Assembly: GCA_017467815.1 (NCBI GenBank)
Contig: JAFUKI010000077.1
Span: forward strand, 4,797-68,796
Length of the DNA stretch: 64,000 bases
Reading direction: 5' to 3'
From: Clostridia bacterium
Lineage (GTDB): Bacteria; Bacillota; Clostridia; Oscillospirales; CAG-272
The notes below the pieces were generated by a model. It was not told where the DNA came from. It ran no database searches and saw only the letters and a list, made by a program, of their open reading frames with translations. Made by a program: the position numbers and the translations under genes. Below, one piece after another: positions 38,677-47,865 of the stretch (position 1 is the first letter of the stretch; each line of letters begins with the position of its first letter).

Positions 38677-39450
38677 TTATTTCGTATGCAGAGGCCGCAG
38701 AACCGGCTCAGTGTAAATCAGGTTGTAATCGTCAATGATTCTCTGCGCTTCTTCAAACACACCGGTCAGCGTGAACGCATACTGATCGTGGGCGTCAAGA
38801 CCCACAACCACAGGCGCACTCATTTCCCCTACCAGCTTCCAGAAGGGTCTGTAGGGATAATTCCGGCTGCCGTGAATGCCCAGACAGTTGATTTCCAGGG
38901 GAACCTTGGTCTCCATGGAGCAGGCGATCAGCTTTTCCATCGCCTTGAAGTATTCCGGAGAATAATCGTCACACCAGGGCAGATCCGGGTGCGCCAGATA
39001 GGTGAAATACCCGGTACGCATGGCTTCGCATACCTGATCCACATAGGCGTAAATATACTCCACAGAACCGCGGGCAGGGGTTTGGGGATGATCGTATTCG
39101 TTATTCAGAAAATGCTGTCCGAGAATCATATAATCACAGGGGTAAGGCTCTAAGAAATTGAGCAGATCCCGGAAAATAGCGGGGTAGTATTCTGCTTCAA
39201 ACCCGATCTTGATATCGATTCTGTCCTTGAATTCTTCCTTCAGCGCCAGCAGGGAGGAGAAATAGCCTTCTGTTTCTTCACGCAGCATCCGGAAATTGGA
39301 ATAGTAATCTCCGGGGAAGCACTGGGGGGAATGGTCGGCAAAGCCAAGGGTCTTGAACCCGTGATCAGCGGCAAACTGGACATAATCCCTGTCCGTTCCG
39401 CTGGCGTGTTTACATCGCGCGGTATGGGTATGGTAATTTACGGTAAACAT
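38677..39450 (-). CDS. PHP-family histidinol-phosphatase-like hydrolase (HisJ/HisK type)
   Basis: 257 aa with N-terminal YHTHTxRCKHA and PHP metal ligands. Confidence 0.8.
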   Translation of the reverse strand: MFTVNYHTHTARCKHASGTDRDYVQFAADHGFKTLGFADHSPQCFPGDYYSNFRMLREETEGYFSSLLALKEEFKDRIDIKIGFEAEYYPAIFRDLLNFLEPYPCDYMILGQHFLNNEYDHPQTPARGSVEYIYAYVDQVCEAMRTGYFTYLAHPDLPWCDDYSPEYFKAMEKLIACSMETKVPLEINCLGIHGSRNYPYRPFWKLVGEMSAPVVVGLDAHDQYAFTLTGVFEEAQRIIDDYNLIYTEPVLRPLHTK

Positions 39451-39543
39451 AGTGGTTCCTCATGAAAAATAAATGAAAAATAAGCGTACTGAAGTATTAT
39501 ACCACAGTTCGGGGAAGAATGAAAGGTTTTCGGAAAAATAAAT

Positions 39544-39580
39544 CAAAAAACAGACCGCTTTTCACGAAAAAACGATCTGT
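39544..39580 (-). terminator. Rho-independent terminator
   Basis: Minus strand ACAGATCG...CGGTCTGT (one G-U pair) followed by TTTTTTGATT. Confidence 0.5.
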
Positions 39581-39600
39581 ATTCTGTATATTGGATTTCC

Positions 39601-39761
39601 TTATTCTGCCGCAGATCGGACAGGCCGCAGAACCGGTTCCGTAAGGGTAAGACCGCATTCTTCGATCCACTTCCGCGCTTCGGCAAACAACTCCGCATAT
39701 TCCCGGTCAGAACCGCGGGCGTGTTTGCAGCGTAGGGTGTGTGATAATCGGCAGTAAACAT
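39601..39761 (-). pseudogene. Internally deleted, frameshifted remnant of a second PHP histidinol-phosphatase paralogue
   Basis: MFTADYHT... then, in a shifted frame, HTLRCKHARGSDREYAELFAEARKWIEECGLTLTEPVLRP...*. This matches the N-terminus (MFTVNYHTHTARCKHASGTDRDY) and C-terminus (...IYTEPVLRPLHTK) of the intact neighbour. About 200 codons are missing. Confidence 0.6.
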
Positions 39762-39771
39762 AACGTATCCA

Positions 39772-40638
39772 TCAGGTAAATTTTAATTGCATGGTGCCCG
39801 TTTCTTCCGGTTCGGGAGAGGGAGCGGGGGACTTTCTGCTGCCGCCGTATCGGAAAACCGGTACGGTAATGCCGTCTTCGTCCGGATAGGACAGGAAGGA
39901 GAGGATGCAGAGGGGGTTGAACTGGGGCAGGTGTTCCATCAGACGCACCAGCTCGGCACTGTCACGGGAAATGGTGATCACCACAGGATACCCGGCAGAC
40001 AGCAGGGAAAGGGGGGAATAATCGGAAAACGCCGCATAGGGACGACGGAACAGATTGATTTCCTTATCAAAATTTTCCCGGTTGATCAGCAGAATATGCC
40101 CCGATTCCGAACAGACAAAACGGCGTATATCTTCTCTGTAATCGCTGTTGTATACAGTAATGGCAGGTGCTTCCACCCCGTATACATTGGCGAAATAGGC
40201 GGAAAGAGCGGTCAGCGAATGGCGGATGGATTCCCGTTCCATGGCATTTTTTACGGTAATGATGTATTTTCTGACCTGCCTCTGATCCATAAGGGCAAAG
40301 ATCACCTGCAGAACCGTGGCAACCAGATCTCCTCTGCCGCAGGCGAAGGAAAAACGACCGGCAGCCAACGCTTCCTCAGGCATCTCCTGTTTGGGCGAGG
40401 CAGTCCGATGAAGGGTTTCTGCGGCGGAAAACAGTTCGGGACGGGGCGCACAGTGACCGTACCCCATTTCCTCCCCGTCGATTTTCAGCTGCAGGGAATC
40501 CGATGTGGGATAGGGTGTGCCGGCAAAGGAAACGGGAGCATCCAGTCTGCCGCCGAACAGCTCCAGTGCCGCCTGAACAGCCTGAGCCGCCATTGTACCT
40601 GAATGCAGTTTGCCGGATCCGGAATATTGAGTATGCAT
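39772..40638 (-). CDS. Hypothetical protein
   Basis: Long ORF. The start MHTQYSG (RBS GGGGGAGG) is preferred over the ORF-track start at 40749. No recognised family. Confidence 0.5.
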   Translation of the reverse strand: MHTQYSGSGKLHSGTMAAQAVQAALELFGGRLDAPVSFAGTPYPTSDSLQLKIDGEEMGYGHCAPRPELFSAAETLHRTASPKQEMPEEALAAGRFSFACGRGDLVATVLQVIFALMDQRQVRKYIITVKNAMERESIRHSLTALSAYFANVYGVEAPAITVYNSDYREDIRRFVCSESGHILLINRENFDKEINLFRRPYAAFSDYSPLSLLSAGYPVVITISRDSAELVRLMEHLPQFNPLCILSFLSYPDEDGITVPVFRYGGSRKSPAPSPEPEETGTMQLKFT

Positions 40639-40844
40639 AATCCTCCCCCTTATACCGCCAGTGCCGCCCGGAATCACGGGTCTGTCACTGTTTTTTGTAT
40701 TCGCCGCATCGACAGCAGTCCTGTACTGCCGCTTGTGGCGTATTTTCATATTTATCAGGTATCATATACCAAGTATAGTATATCATATTTTGCGGATTTT
40801 GTCCATGCAAAAATTTCGTTTCCAGGGTGTATCGGGTGAAAAAT

Positions 40845-41432
40845 TCAGGACTGCAGATGGGTCAGATAATACTGCATATCCTCCCCGGCTTCGATGAGAA
40901 TCCCCACATATCTCTCCCCGTCTAAGAATACAAGCAGCAGCGCTTCCCTGCGGAACAGCGTGATGGTGTAATCGTACAGAGCCATACCGGGATATTTTTT
41001 TCTCGCATCCTTCAGGGACACAGTGCCGTCAGCGGATTTTTCCGACACGGGAATCGCCCGTACAAGCTGTTCCAGTCCCAGCAGACACTCCAGAACCCCG
41101 TTTTTCCGTCCCTGCCCCCTGACCACGGCAAAATCCAGCATATCCTTGGGCAGATGGGTGATGTGCATGGGCATATCTTCCGTCAGAACCGTGCCGATAC
41201 CGGGTACGGTCTTGTCACTTTTGGTGCGGATGGAGTATACAAACCAGGTCATATGGTACCGCACCAGCAGATACAGCATGGCAACGATTCCGCCGATACA
41301 GATCAGCTGAAACAGCCAGGTAAACCGATCCGCCATATTTCCGGCAATATAGCCCACAGCGGCGATCAGCCCGGTGAGGATCATCAGTACCGTAAGGGAG
41401 GAGGTGTTCTTCTGTGTTGGTCTCCACTGCAT
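40845..41432 (-). CDS. Hypothetical membrane protein (two N-terminal TM helices plus a soluble domain)
   Basis: 195-aa ORF with hydrophobic segments LTVLMILTGLIAAVGYIAG and LFQLICIGGIVAMLYLLV. Confidence 0.5.
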   Translation of the reverse strand: MQWRPTQKNTSSLTVLMILTGLIAAVGYIAGNMADRFTWLFQLICIGGIVAMLYLLVRYHMTWFVYSIRTKSDKTVPGIGTVLTEDMPMHITHLPKDMLDFAVVRGQGRKNGVLECLLGLEQLVRAIPVSEKSADGTVSLKDARKKYPGMALYDYTITLFRREALLLVFLDGERYVGILIEAGEDMQYYLTHLQS

Positions 41433-41443
41433 AAAAATACCCC

Positions 41444-42016
41444 TTACGCCTCACCGTTCAGTATGCTGATTTCCTCTTTGGTGAGTTCCCGTTCCACCAG
41501 AGGCTGCATCGCGTGATGAACAGGGTTTTCGCTTTCGTAATTTTCCGTAATCTGCATGAAGCAGTACAGCGCCGTATCTTCGCTGACGGTTACATTGTCA
41601 AACACCAGCCGGCGGTACCGGTAAATCCCCTTTTCGTAGGAATCCACGGAAGTGGGAGAAACCCGGTCATTGCCGTTTTCGTCTCCCAGAGTGTAGGAAA
41701 ATTCCGTGCCTTCCGGAAGATCCGCATAGGTGTACAGACTCTTGTTGTAACGGATCGTGATCTGTACCTGACTGATCTCAGGGAAATACACAAACCCGTA
41801 CACGGAGTAATAGCCATCCTCAGCAATTTCCGCCGCAGGATCCTCGGTGGTGATGACGGTCAGCGCACCGCTGTCATAAGCCTGCCGGAGTGCATCACCG
41901 GGGACAATATCCGTCATAACACTGCGGTCAGCGGATACACAGCAGCGCAGGATGATCAGCACGCACAGAATGAGTACAATAACCGTAACGGTGGTGGATA
42001 TAATTTTTTTGAACAT
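41444..42016 (-). CDS. Hypothetical membrane-anchored protein
   Basis: Start at MFKKIISTTVTVIVLILCVLIIL (signal anchor). No recognised family. Confidence 0.5.
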   Translation of the reverse strand: MFKKIISTTVTVIVLILCVLIILRCCVSADRSVMTDIVPGDALRQAYDSGALTVITTEDPAAEIAEDGYYSVYGFVYFPEISQVQITIRYNKSLYTYADLPEGTEFSYTLGDENGNDRVSPTSVDSYEKGIYRYRRLVFDNVTVSEDTALYCFMQITENYESENPVHHAMQPLVERELTKEEISILNGEA

Positions 42017-42225
42017 AATCAGACTCCAGTCGGTAAAATACCGATATACACATAAATATACATATATTGTATCATGTAAAAATGAATAATTCAAGATAAG
42101 TATAACAGAATAACCGGCTCAGGAGAGAAAACTTTCTCCGAAGCCGGTTTTTGGTGAAAAATGTATTTTTGGAAGCGTTGTGTGAAGTGGAATCAGGTTG
42201 AAGATTGCAGACGGACGACCGATGA

Positions 42226-43221
42226 TCAATCCAGCTTCATTCCATCCGACACCAGATCCCCCTGTGCCCATTTTCGGGCGTACATTTCTTTGTCGATGGC
42301 GTTGGCGATCTCGGTCTTGCGGCGGCTCCACTGGGGGGCGAGAAGATCGTCTGCCATGCCGTCGCCGGTGATTCTGCCAATGATGGTTTCCGGGGGGAGG
42401 AGACGGAGCTGGCGGCATACCAGATGGGTGTAGGCTTCCTTCTCCATGGGGGTATAGGCACCGGATCCGTACCATCCGGCAAGGGCGGTATCCCGTAGTA
42501 CGTGAAGCAGATGGATCTTTACCATATCCGGACGGAGGGAAGCGGTGACGGATGCGCTTGCCAGCATATCCTCCTCCGTTTCGCCGGGCAGACCGTTGAT
42601 CAGATGGATACCCACGGACAGCTTCCCGTATCCCGGTTTTGCATCGGGAGAAAGCTGACGGGCAAGATGGTAAAGCCGGTCGTACCCGTCCAGAAAATCC
42701 ACAAAACTGTGTCCTCTGTTGATCCTCTCCGCCGTGCGGTCATGTACGGACTGCAGACCCAATTCCACCATAACGGGAATCTTTTCCGCCGTTTCTGCCA
42801 GAAGTTCCAGAATCTCCTCCCCCAGACAGTCGGCACGGGTCCCGATCCCCAGCATTACGGCACCGGGCAGCCCTGCGGCTGTGAAAAATGCCTGCCGAAG
42901 TGCGGAGATATCCCCATAGGTATTGGTGCCGGACTGGAAATAGGGAATATACCCGACCACTTTCCACTTCCGTCCTGCCACCGCAATGCCGTTTTCATAC
43001 TGTACCCCGATGCCTTCCCCGATGGCACTTCTGCTGCCGTCCTTGCAGTATATACAGCCGCCCTTTCCACGGGTTCCATCCTTGTTGGGACAGGTGCAGC
43101 CGATGTCCAGCGTAACCTTGGCGCATTTGCCCCCGAAACGCTGTCTTGTATAATAATCAAAGGTCTGATATCGCTTGTTCGTATCGGAATACGGATACGG
43201 ATTTTCCTTTTGCTGTGACAT
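42226..43221 (-). CDS. TIGR01212-family radical SAM protein (YtqA-like)
   Basis: CPNKDGTRGKGGCIYC cluster motif and a family-typical sequence. The start at the second ATG is preferred (GGAG, 7-nt spacing). Confidence 0.85.
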   Translation of the reverse strand: MSQQKENPYPYSDTNKRYQTFDYYTRQRFGGKCAKVTLDIGCTCPNKDGTRGKGGCIYCKDGSRSAIGEGIGVQYENGIAVAGRKWKVVGYIPYFQSGTNTYGDISALRQAFFTAAGLPGAVMLGIGTRADCLGEEILELLAETAEKIPVMVELGLQSVHDRTAERINRGHSFVDFLDGYDRLYHLARQLSPDAKPGYGKLSVGIHLINGLPGETEEDMLASASVTASLRPDMVKIHLLHVLRDTALAGWYGSGAYTPMEKEAYTHLVCRQLRLLPPETIIGRITGDGMADDLLAPQWSRRKTEIANAIDKEMYARKWAQGDLVSDGMKLD

Positions 43222-43252
43222 AATATACTCCATTCTTCCGTTTGGTATCTCT

Positions 43253-43280
43253 ATTATAACACAGTTTTCACCGTTTGCAA
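43253..43280 (-). promoter_or_regulatory. Promoter of the radical SAM gene, immediately after the last phage tail gene
   Basis: Minus strand TTGCAA (43280-43275), 16-nt spacer, TATAAT (43258-43253). Confidence 0.5.
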
Positions 43281-43314
43281 AGCCGGATGGGGATTTTTGT
43301 ACATCGAACCTGTT

Positions 43315-44400
43315 TTATCCCACGATCGCAAGGGGGGATGCCGTATGGCTGCCGATATGCACCGCAGATACAAGCCGTATGCCGTCCGCCGTACCGATGT
43401 ATATGTTGGACTTCACCACGGACAGAGCATCGGTGGTGTACCAGCTGGAAGAAGCACCGTTTTCTCCATTGGTGCGCAGTCGGTACCATACAGAATTCGC
43501 ACCTGCCGGAACTGTGTCGGGATACTGCAGGGCTGTGCCGGTGTACAGAGTGATGAAATCCGTACCGTTGACGGAACGCTCCAGGGTATAGCTGACTACG
43601 GGAACCAGATCGCTCTGCACAGCTTCCCAGGATATATTAACTTTGCTTCCCGCAAGGAGCATTCCCGCAGAGAGGGCGGAGGGAGCAGTGGGACGGGAAG
43701 CACTTTGACCAATGGTCTGCACCGGTGTCTCGATTTGGGTAATGGAAACATATTGGGAATAGGAATTTGACCACTCCGCCTCGTCATAGGTGCAGTACTG
43801 CAGAACCATGTACCACTCGTACCCGAGAACATCCCCCAGCGTGCAGGTACATTCCGTTTCTCTGGATGCAGAGAGTAGAACGGTCCCCGTAAATTCCGTT
43901 TCCCCCGGCGCACGCATATAAAGGGTCAGTTTGTTCACCGCCCCGAAATGTCCTTCATCCAGCTCGGACTGGGTGACCGTCAGCGTGTTGACATGATCGG
44001 CGTACAGTTCCGGTGTAAAGGAGATGTACGGCGGAATGTCACAGTTTGAGAAATACTGGAGAAAATAGGCGGCGGAAGAGCCGGATGCCTGGAAGGTGTT
44101 CTGCACACCGGTTTTGGATTCCAAACGTACCCTCTGGGATGCATCGGGCTGATAGGGAATCATGCATACCATGGTCTCCCATCCTTCCCGCGACTCAAAC
44201 TGGTAGGTTTCGCTGTTGTAGGAACACTGGAGTCTTTCACCGGGATCCCCGACGGACGGATCATCGTATTCCGAAATCACACACAGGTACTCCCCCCAGC
44301 GCAGTACGGCATAGTTCAGATAATTGCCGTTAAGAGCATATTTCTGACTGGCTGAGTAACCCAGACAGTGCCGCTCACCGTTTGTATAGTCTAAAATCAT
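43315..44400 (-). CDS. Putative tail fibre / host-recognition protein with an FN3-like domain
   Basis: 361 aa, last gene of the tail module. The C-terminal part resembles fibronectin type III (VSYTLERSVNGTDFITLYTG...YRLRT). Confidence 0.45.
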   Translation of the reverse strand: MILDYTNGERHCLGYSASQKYALNGNYLNYAVLRWGEYLCVISEYDDPSVGDPGERLQCSYNSETYQFESREGWETMVCMIPYQPDASQRVRLESKTGVQNTFQASGSSAAYFLQYFSNCDIPPYISFTPELYADHVNTLTVTQSELDEGHFGAVNKLTLYMRAPGETEFTGTVLLSASRETECTCTLGDVLGYEWYMVLQYCTYDEAEWSNSYSQYVSITQIETPVQTIGQSASRPTAPSALSAGMLLAGSKVNISWEAVQSDLVPVVSYTLERSVNGTDFITLYTGTALQYPDTVPAGANSVWYRLRTNGENGASSSWYTTDALSVVKSNIYIGTADGIRLVSAVHIGSHTASPLAIVG

Positions 44401-44415
44401 GGATATCCCCCCTTA

Positions 44416-45129
44416 TTATTCGGAAATCAGCAGGAAAATTTCCCCTTCCGGAAGGGAATCGGGCAGGGTGTAGCCATAGCGGATGTTGCGTACCGCAGAA
44501 GCACCGGTACTGTCGCTTGCCGCCTGCAGTATCCCAGTCATCACACCGCCGGATTTCGGCAGCAGCGCTTCCGCTGTCAGTCCCCCTACCGCACCGCTGT
44601 TTTTCGCATAGGCGACATTGTCCAGACTGTCCCCCGCACCGGTAACAGGACCGCAGACCGTTTCGTCCGAGCGTCTGTCGTTGATCATATCCGCCGTCAC
44701 GATACCGCTGTTCGCCGGAACGGTAACCTCCGCCAGCAGCAGATCCCATACCTCATCATTGCGCATGGGAAGTCCCGCAGCATCTTCCGCAGCTTCCAGG
44801 GTGAAATAGCCGGATGTACGGTGCAGGCGGAGACAGATGCCGTAGGTGTGACCGGATGCAGCCGGCAGAGTGACCGTTTCCTTCAGCCATGCCATATGCC
44901 CGAAGATCCAGGCGCATCCGGGGGATACGGACAGGGTGAGCCCTTCCCCGGGGATAACGGCAAAACTGCCGTCCGCCGGTCTGATAACGCCGTCCGCATA
45001 GAAACAGCGCATCATCTGTGCGAAAAACGCAGCATCCACCGCTTTGTTGCCGCGGGGGAATCCGTCCACGGTTTCCACAATAGAAGTGGAGTCAAACATT
45101 CCTCCGTCAATTTGAATGGTCGTATTCAT
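44416..45129 (-). CDS. Putative baseplate / tail fibre-associated protein
   Basis: 237-aa ORF between the tail hub and the fibre gene. The assignment is positional only. Confidence 0.4.
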   Translation of the reverse strand: MNTTIQIDGGMFDSTSIVETVDGFPRGNKAVDAAFFAQMMRCFYADGVIRPADGSFAVIPGEGLTLSVSPGCAWIFGHMAWLKETVTLPAASGHTYGICLRLHRTSGYFTLEAAEDAAGLPMRNDEVWDLLLAEVTVPANSGIVTADMINDRRSDETVCGPVTGAGDSLDNVAYAKNSGAVGGLTAEALLPKSGGVMTGILQAASDSTGASAVRNIRYGYTLPDSLPEGEIFLLISE

Positions 45130-45144
45130 GGTAAAACCTCCGTT

Positions 45145-46185
45145 TTATTTGTTCAGTTTGCTTATCAGATGGCGTATGTCTGTGATTTCATCCCCGAAAT
45201 AGGGGTACAGCTGTTCCACGCCGTTTTCGTATACAATATCCAGTCCCGTCAGCTGTGTGCGGATGCTGATGCCCAGAGGATGGGACTGAATCTCACAGAC
45301 ATCCCCCAGATCGAATCCGCTGCCGTACCGGGGCTGGGCGTTTCCCTCGGCGGTGCAGTCCAGACGGATACGGGACGTGCATTCTCCCAGTACCTGCTGA
45401 CCTCTGGCGGTAAGGGCGGCAATATAGGTTTCTCTGTCGGGAAAATCCGCTTCCTTCAGATCTGCCGCCTTTTTGTGGATTTCCCGTATGTCTTCCTTCC
45501 CGGTGTTTCTTTCCACCGTAACAATCACACCGTCGCCGCCCTCCATGTATACCCGATTGCGGACATCTTCTGTTTGTTTTTCAAAGGTAAGGCTGGCGAT
45601 GTTGCCGAATTCTTCCGAAAAAATCGCCATTTCCGCCCTGCTGTCCCCGTCATAGGAACGGTCGGTGCCGGTGTGAAGGCGAAAGATGCCCCGGTCTGCC
45701 GTGTAGTCGTAGTCCACGGTGAAGGAGATGCCGTAAGGCTGCAGATTGCTGTACAACCAGTCCCCAAGAGGTTCCCAGCTGCCGGAGAAGGTGACTTCGG
45801 TATCAATCACCGGCTGATCCGCCCCGATTTCCACCGGCAGAGAGTCCAGCGTGTCCTGCAGTACCGCAAGAACCACATCGGTAACGGTACCCGAATAGGT
45901 AACATTTCCGCGAAGGAGCCGGTCGGACAGCAGACACTCCAGCATCCTGCCCCTCAGTTCGATCCCATCTTCCTTTACGGAAACATATTCGATCCTGCCG
46001 CAGTGTTTCCTGTCGCAGAGATAAACCGCCGCAGAAGCAATGGCAGCGATGGTACTGTCACATCCGGGGAAAACCACCGTAAACGTGCCGCAGGAATAAT
46101 ACCGCAGGGACCAGACAACGGATGTCATGTTGTCCAGAGGCGTGTTCAGCACCGCAAAATTTTTATCCAGAAAATATAGTTCCAT
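45145..46185 (-). CDS. Siphovirus Gp37-like tail hub / minor structural protein
   Basis: 346 aa. The N-terminus MELYFLDKNFAVLNTPLDNMTSVVWSLRYYSCGTFTVVF resembles the Sipho_Gp37 family. It is positioned after Dit. Confidence 0.6.
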   Translation of the reverse strand: MELYFLDKNFAVLNTPLDNMTSVVWSLRYYSCGTFTVVFPGCDSTIAAIASAAVYLCDRKHCGRIEYVSVKEDGIELRGRMLECLLSDRLLRGNVTYSGTVTDVVLAVLQDTLDSLPVEIGADQPVIDTEVTFSGSWEPLGDWLYSNLQPYGISFTVDYDYTADRGIFRLHTGTDRSYDGDSRAEMAIFSEEFGNIASLTFEKQTEDVRNRVYMEGGDGVIVTVERNTGKEDIREIHKKAADLKEADFPDRETYIAALTARGQQVLGECTSRIRLDCTAEGNAQPRYGSGFDLGDVCEIQSHPLGISIRTQLTGLDIVYENGVEQLYPYFGDEITDIRHLISKLNK

Positions 46186-46194
46186 ACATCCTCC

Positions 46195-47070
46195 TTACAG
46201 CCCGAAATACAGGGGCGTGCAGAACAGACGGACGGAAAGATAGTCCGAACCGCTGTCTGCGGAGACACTGATCCGGTTTTCGCCGGGGGAGAGTAAGAAG
46301 AAATCGCTGGTACGGTCAAAGAGGAATTTTCTTTCCCCGTTGAGCAGTACGTTTTTCTTCCCCGGACGGGTATCAATTTCCGCCGTATCCCCATCCTGCA
46401 GTGTGGTCAGCAGACGGATGTATTTGTCCCCGCAGGTCAGACAGGGATTTTCCACAATCCCGCCGGAAGCTGTCAGCACCGCCGTCATACCGCATTCCGC
46501 ATCCCCCGGATTGATCATGGTCACACTGTCCGCAGTACGGGTATAGCCGGTGGTCATGCCGGTGTTTTCCATAAAGTTCAGCGGGAAGGTCATCAGGGGA
46601 ACGGTTTGCCGGAAAGCACTTTCCACAGGTTCGGCACTCCGGTAGAAGGGTTCGGGGGCGATAAAGGTTAAGGTCACCTGCAGGGGAGAAAAGAATGTAT
46701 CCTTGGTGAGCAGGGGGACACCGTCGGGGATCACGGTGATCAGTCGGGATACGCCGTGCATCCGGATCTGCATTTCGATCTCAGAGAGGGGATTCATAAG
46801 CCGGATGATCCTGCGCCGTATCGCCCATTCTTCCGTATCGGAACCGGCATTCAACTCCGCGTGCATGGTCATATGTCTCTCCCCGAAACGTCTGCTGATG
46901 GGATGACCGCCGGGCAGACCTGCGTAGGGTTTGGTTTCCACCGCAAGGGGCGTGATGCCGAATCCCTCCAGTCCTTCCTCCAGTATGTGCATATCCGCAT
47001 CTTCGGAGGATGAGGCTGTCAGCGTAACATCCTTCCCGGATAAACGGATTTCGTAATATGTATTTGTCAA
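46195..47070 (-). CDS. Distal tail protein (Dit, phage tail family)
   Basis: 291-aa ORF immediately after the tape measure gene, with a Sipho_tail-like sequence. Confidence 0.65.
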   Translation of the reverse strand: MTNTYYEIRLSGKDVTLTASSSEDADMHILEEGLEGFGITPLAVETKPYAGLPGGHPISRRFGERHMTMHAELNAGSDTEEWAIRRRIIRLMNPLSEIEMQIRMHGVSRLITVIPDGVPLLTKDTFFSPLQVTLTFIAPEPFYRSAEPVESAFRQTVPLMTFPLNFMENTGMTTGYTRTADSVTMINPGDAECGMTAVLTASGGIVENPCLTCGDKYIRLLTTLQDGDTAEIDTRPGKKNVLLNGERKFLFDRTSDFFLLSPGENRISVSADSGSDYLSVRLFCTPLYFGL

Positions 47071-47082
47071 AATGTACCTCCT

Positions 47083-47865
47083 TTACACACGCAGCATGGC
47101 TTCGCTTTCCCGGCGTATGGCACGGGCGGTGGCATAGGGGGAGGTGTCGCTGTCTCTGAGATAGATGTTCTGAACAACATGACCGATACCGCTTTGGCTG
47201 TCTGCGGAACCGGACAGAGCGGTACGCTGACCTGCCTGCGCCAGAGAAGCCTGAATATAGCGGCTGCCGTCCAGAATTCCTTCGGCAATCCCTCTGGAAA
47301 GCATAACACCCACTTCCTCTTTCATCATTTTCGAGGGAGAAGCGATGTCGTATACTTTTTTGGCTGTTGTCATGGTCTGGTCGGAAACTGTGCGTATGGC
47401 TGCCGTAACCGCACCGGCAGAAGCAGTGATCCCGGCGGCAATTCCTTCACTGATGGACGAGCCGACGGAATACCAGTTCCCGTCAAAAGCGTTTCTGATC
47501 CGGTCTGCCGCGACCTGGGCAGCGTACACCAGAGCATTGATCCGTTCCGTGAATCCGGTGGTGATGCCGGCTGCTCCGTTTGCACCTGCGCCGCGCCAGT
47601 CTGCACTGCCGAATGCAAGGACAGCCCCTCCGGCGGCAGAAGCACTCTGTTCGTACACCTTTGCCGCCATCCCTTCCATAGCGGACATAACGGCGGAGAT
47701 GATAAGCAGCATACCCGTATCCACACCGGAAGAAGCAACTGCTGTCTGTACGCTTGCCCGGAGTCTGCCGGACAATGCGGCAAGCTGCGTTTCCAATGCG
47801 CCGATCTGTGCTGTAAACTGTTCTGTATCCAATTCGGCTGCGATGATTACCGATCCGTCTGCCAT
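47083..47865 (-). CDS. Tail tape measure protein (unusually short, 260 aa)
   Basis: Ala/Gly-rich helical protein with the TMP-typical motif IASPSK, positioned between the chaperone genes and Dit. Confidence 0.7.
   Translation of the reverse strand: MADGSVIIAAELDTEQFTAQIGALETQLAALSGRLRASVQTAVASSGVDTGMLLIISAVMSAMEGMAAKVYEQSASAAGGAVLAFGSADWRGAGANGAAGITTGFTERINALVYAAQVAADRIRNAFDGNWYSVGSSISEGIAAGITASAGAVTAAIRTVSDQTMTTAKKVYDIASPSKMMKEEVGVMLSRGIAEGILDGSRYIQASLAQAGQRTALSGSADSQSGIGHVVQNIYLRDSDTSPYATARAIRRESEAMLRV

Noticed and set aside
43231-43239. A 9-nt direct repeat CATTCTTCC at both borders of the phage cluster (43231-43239 and 56670-56678), considered as possible att sites
   Set aside because: It is too short to be significant for regions of this size. 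The left copy overlaps the start region of the radical SAM gene, and no integrase is present to use it.
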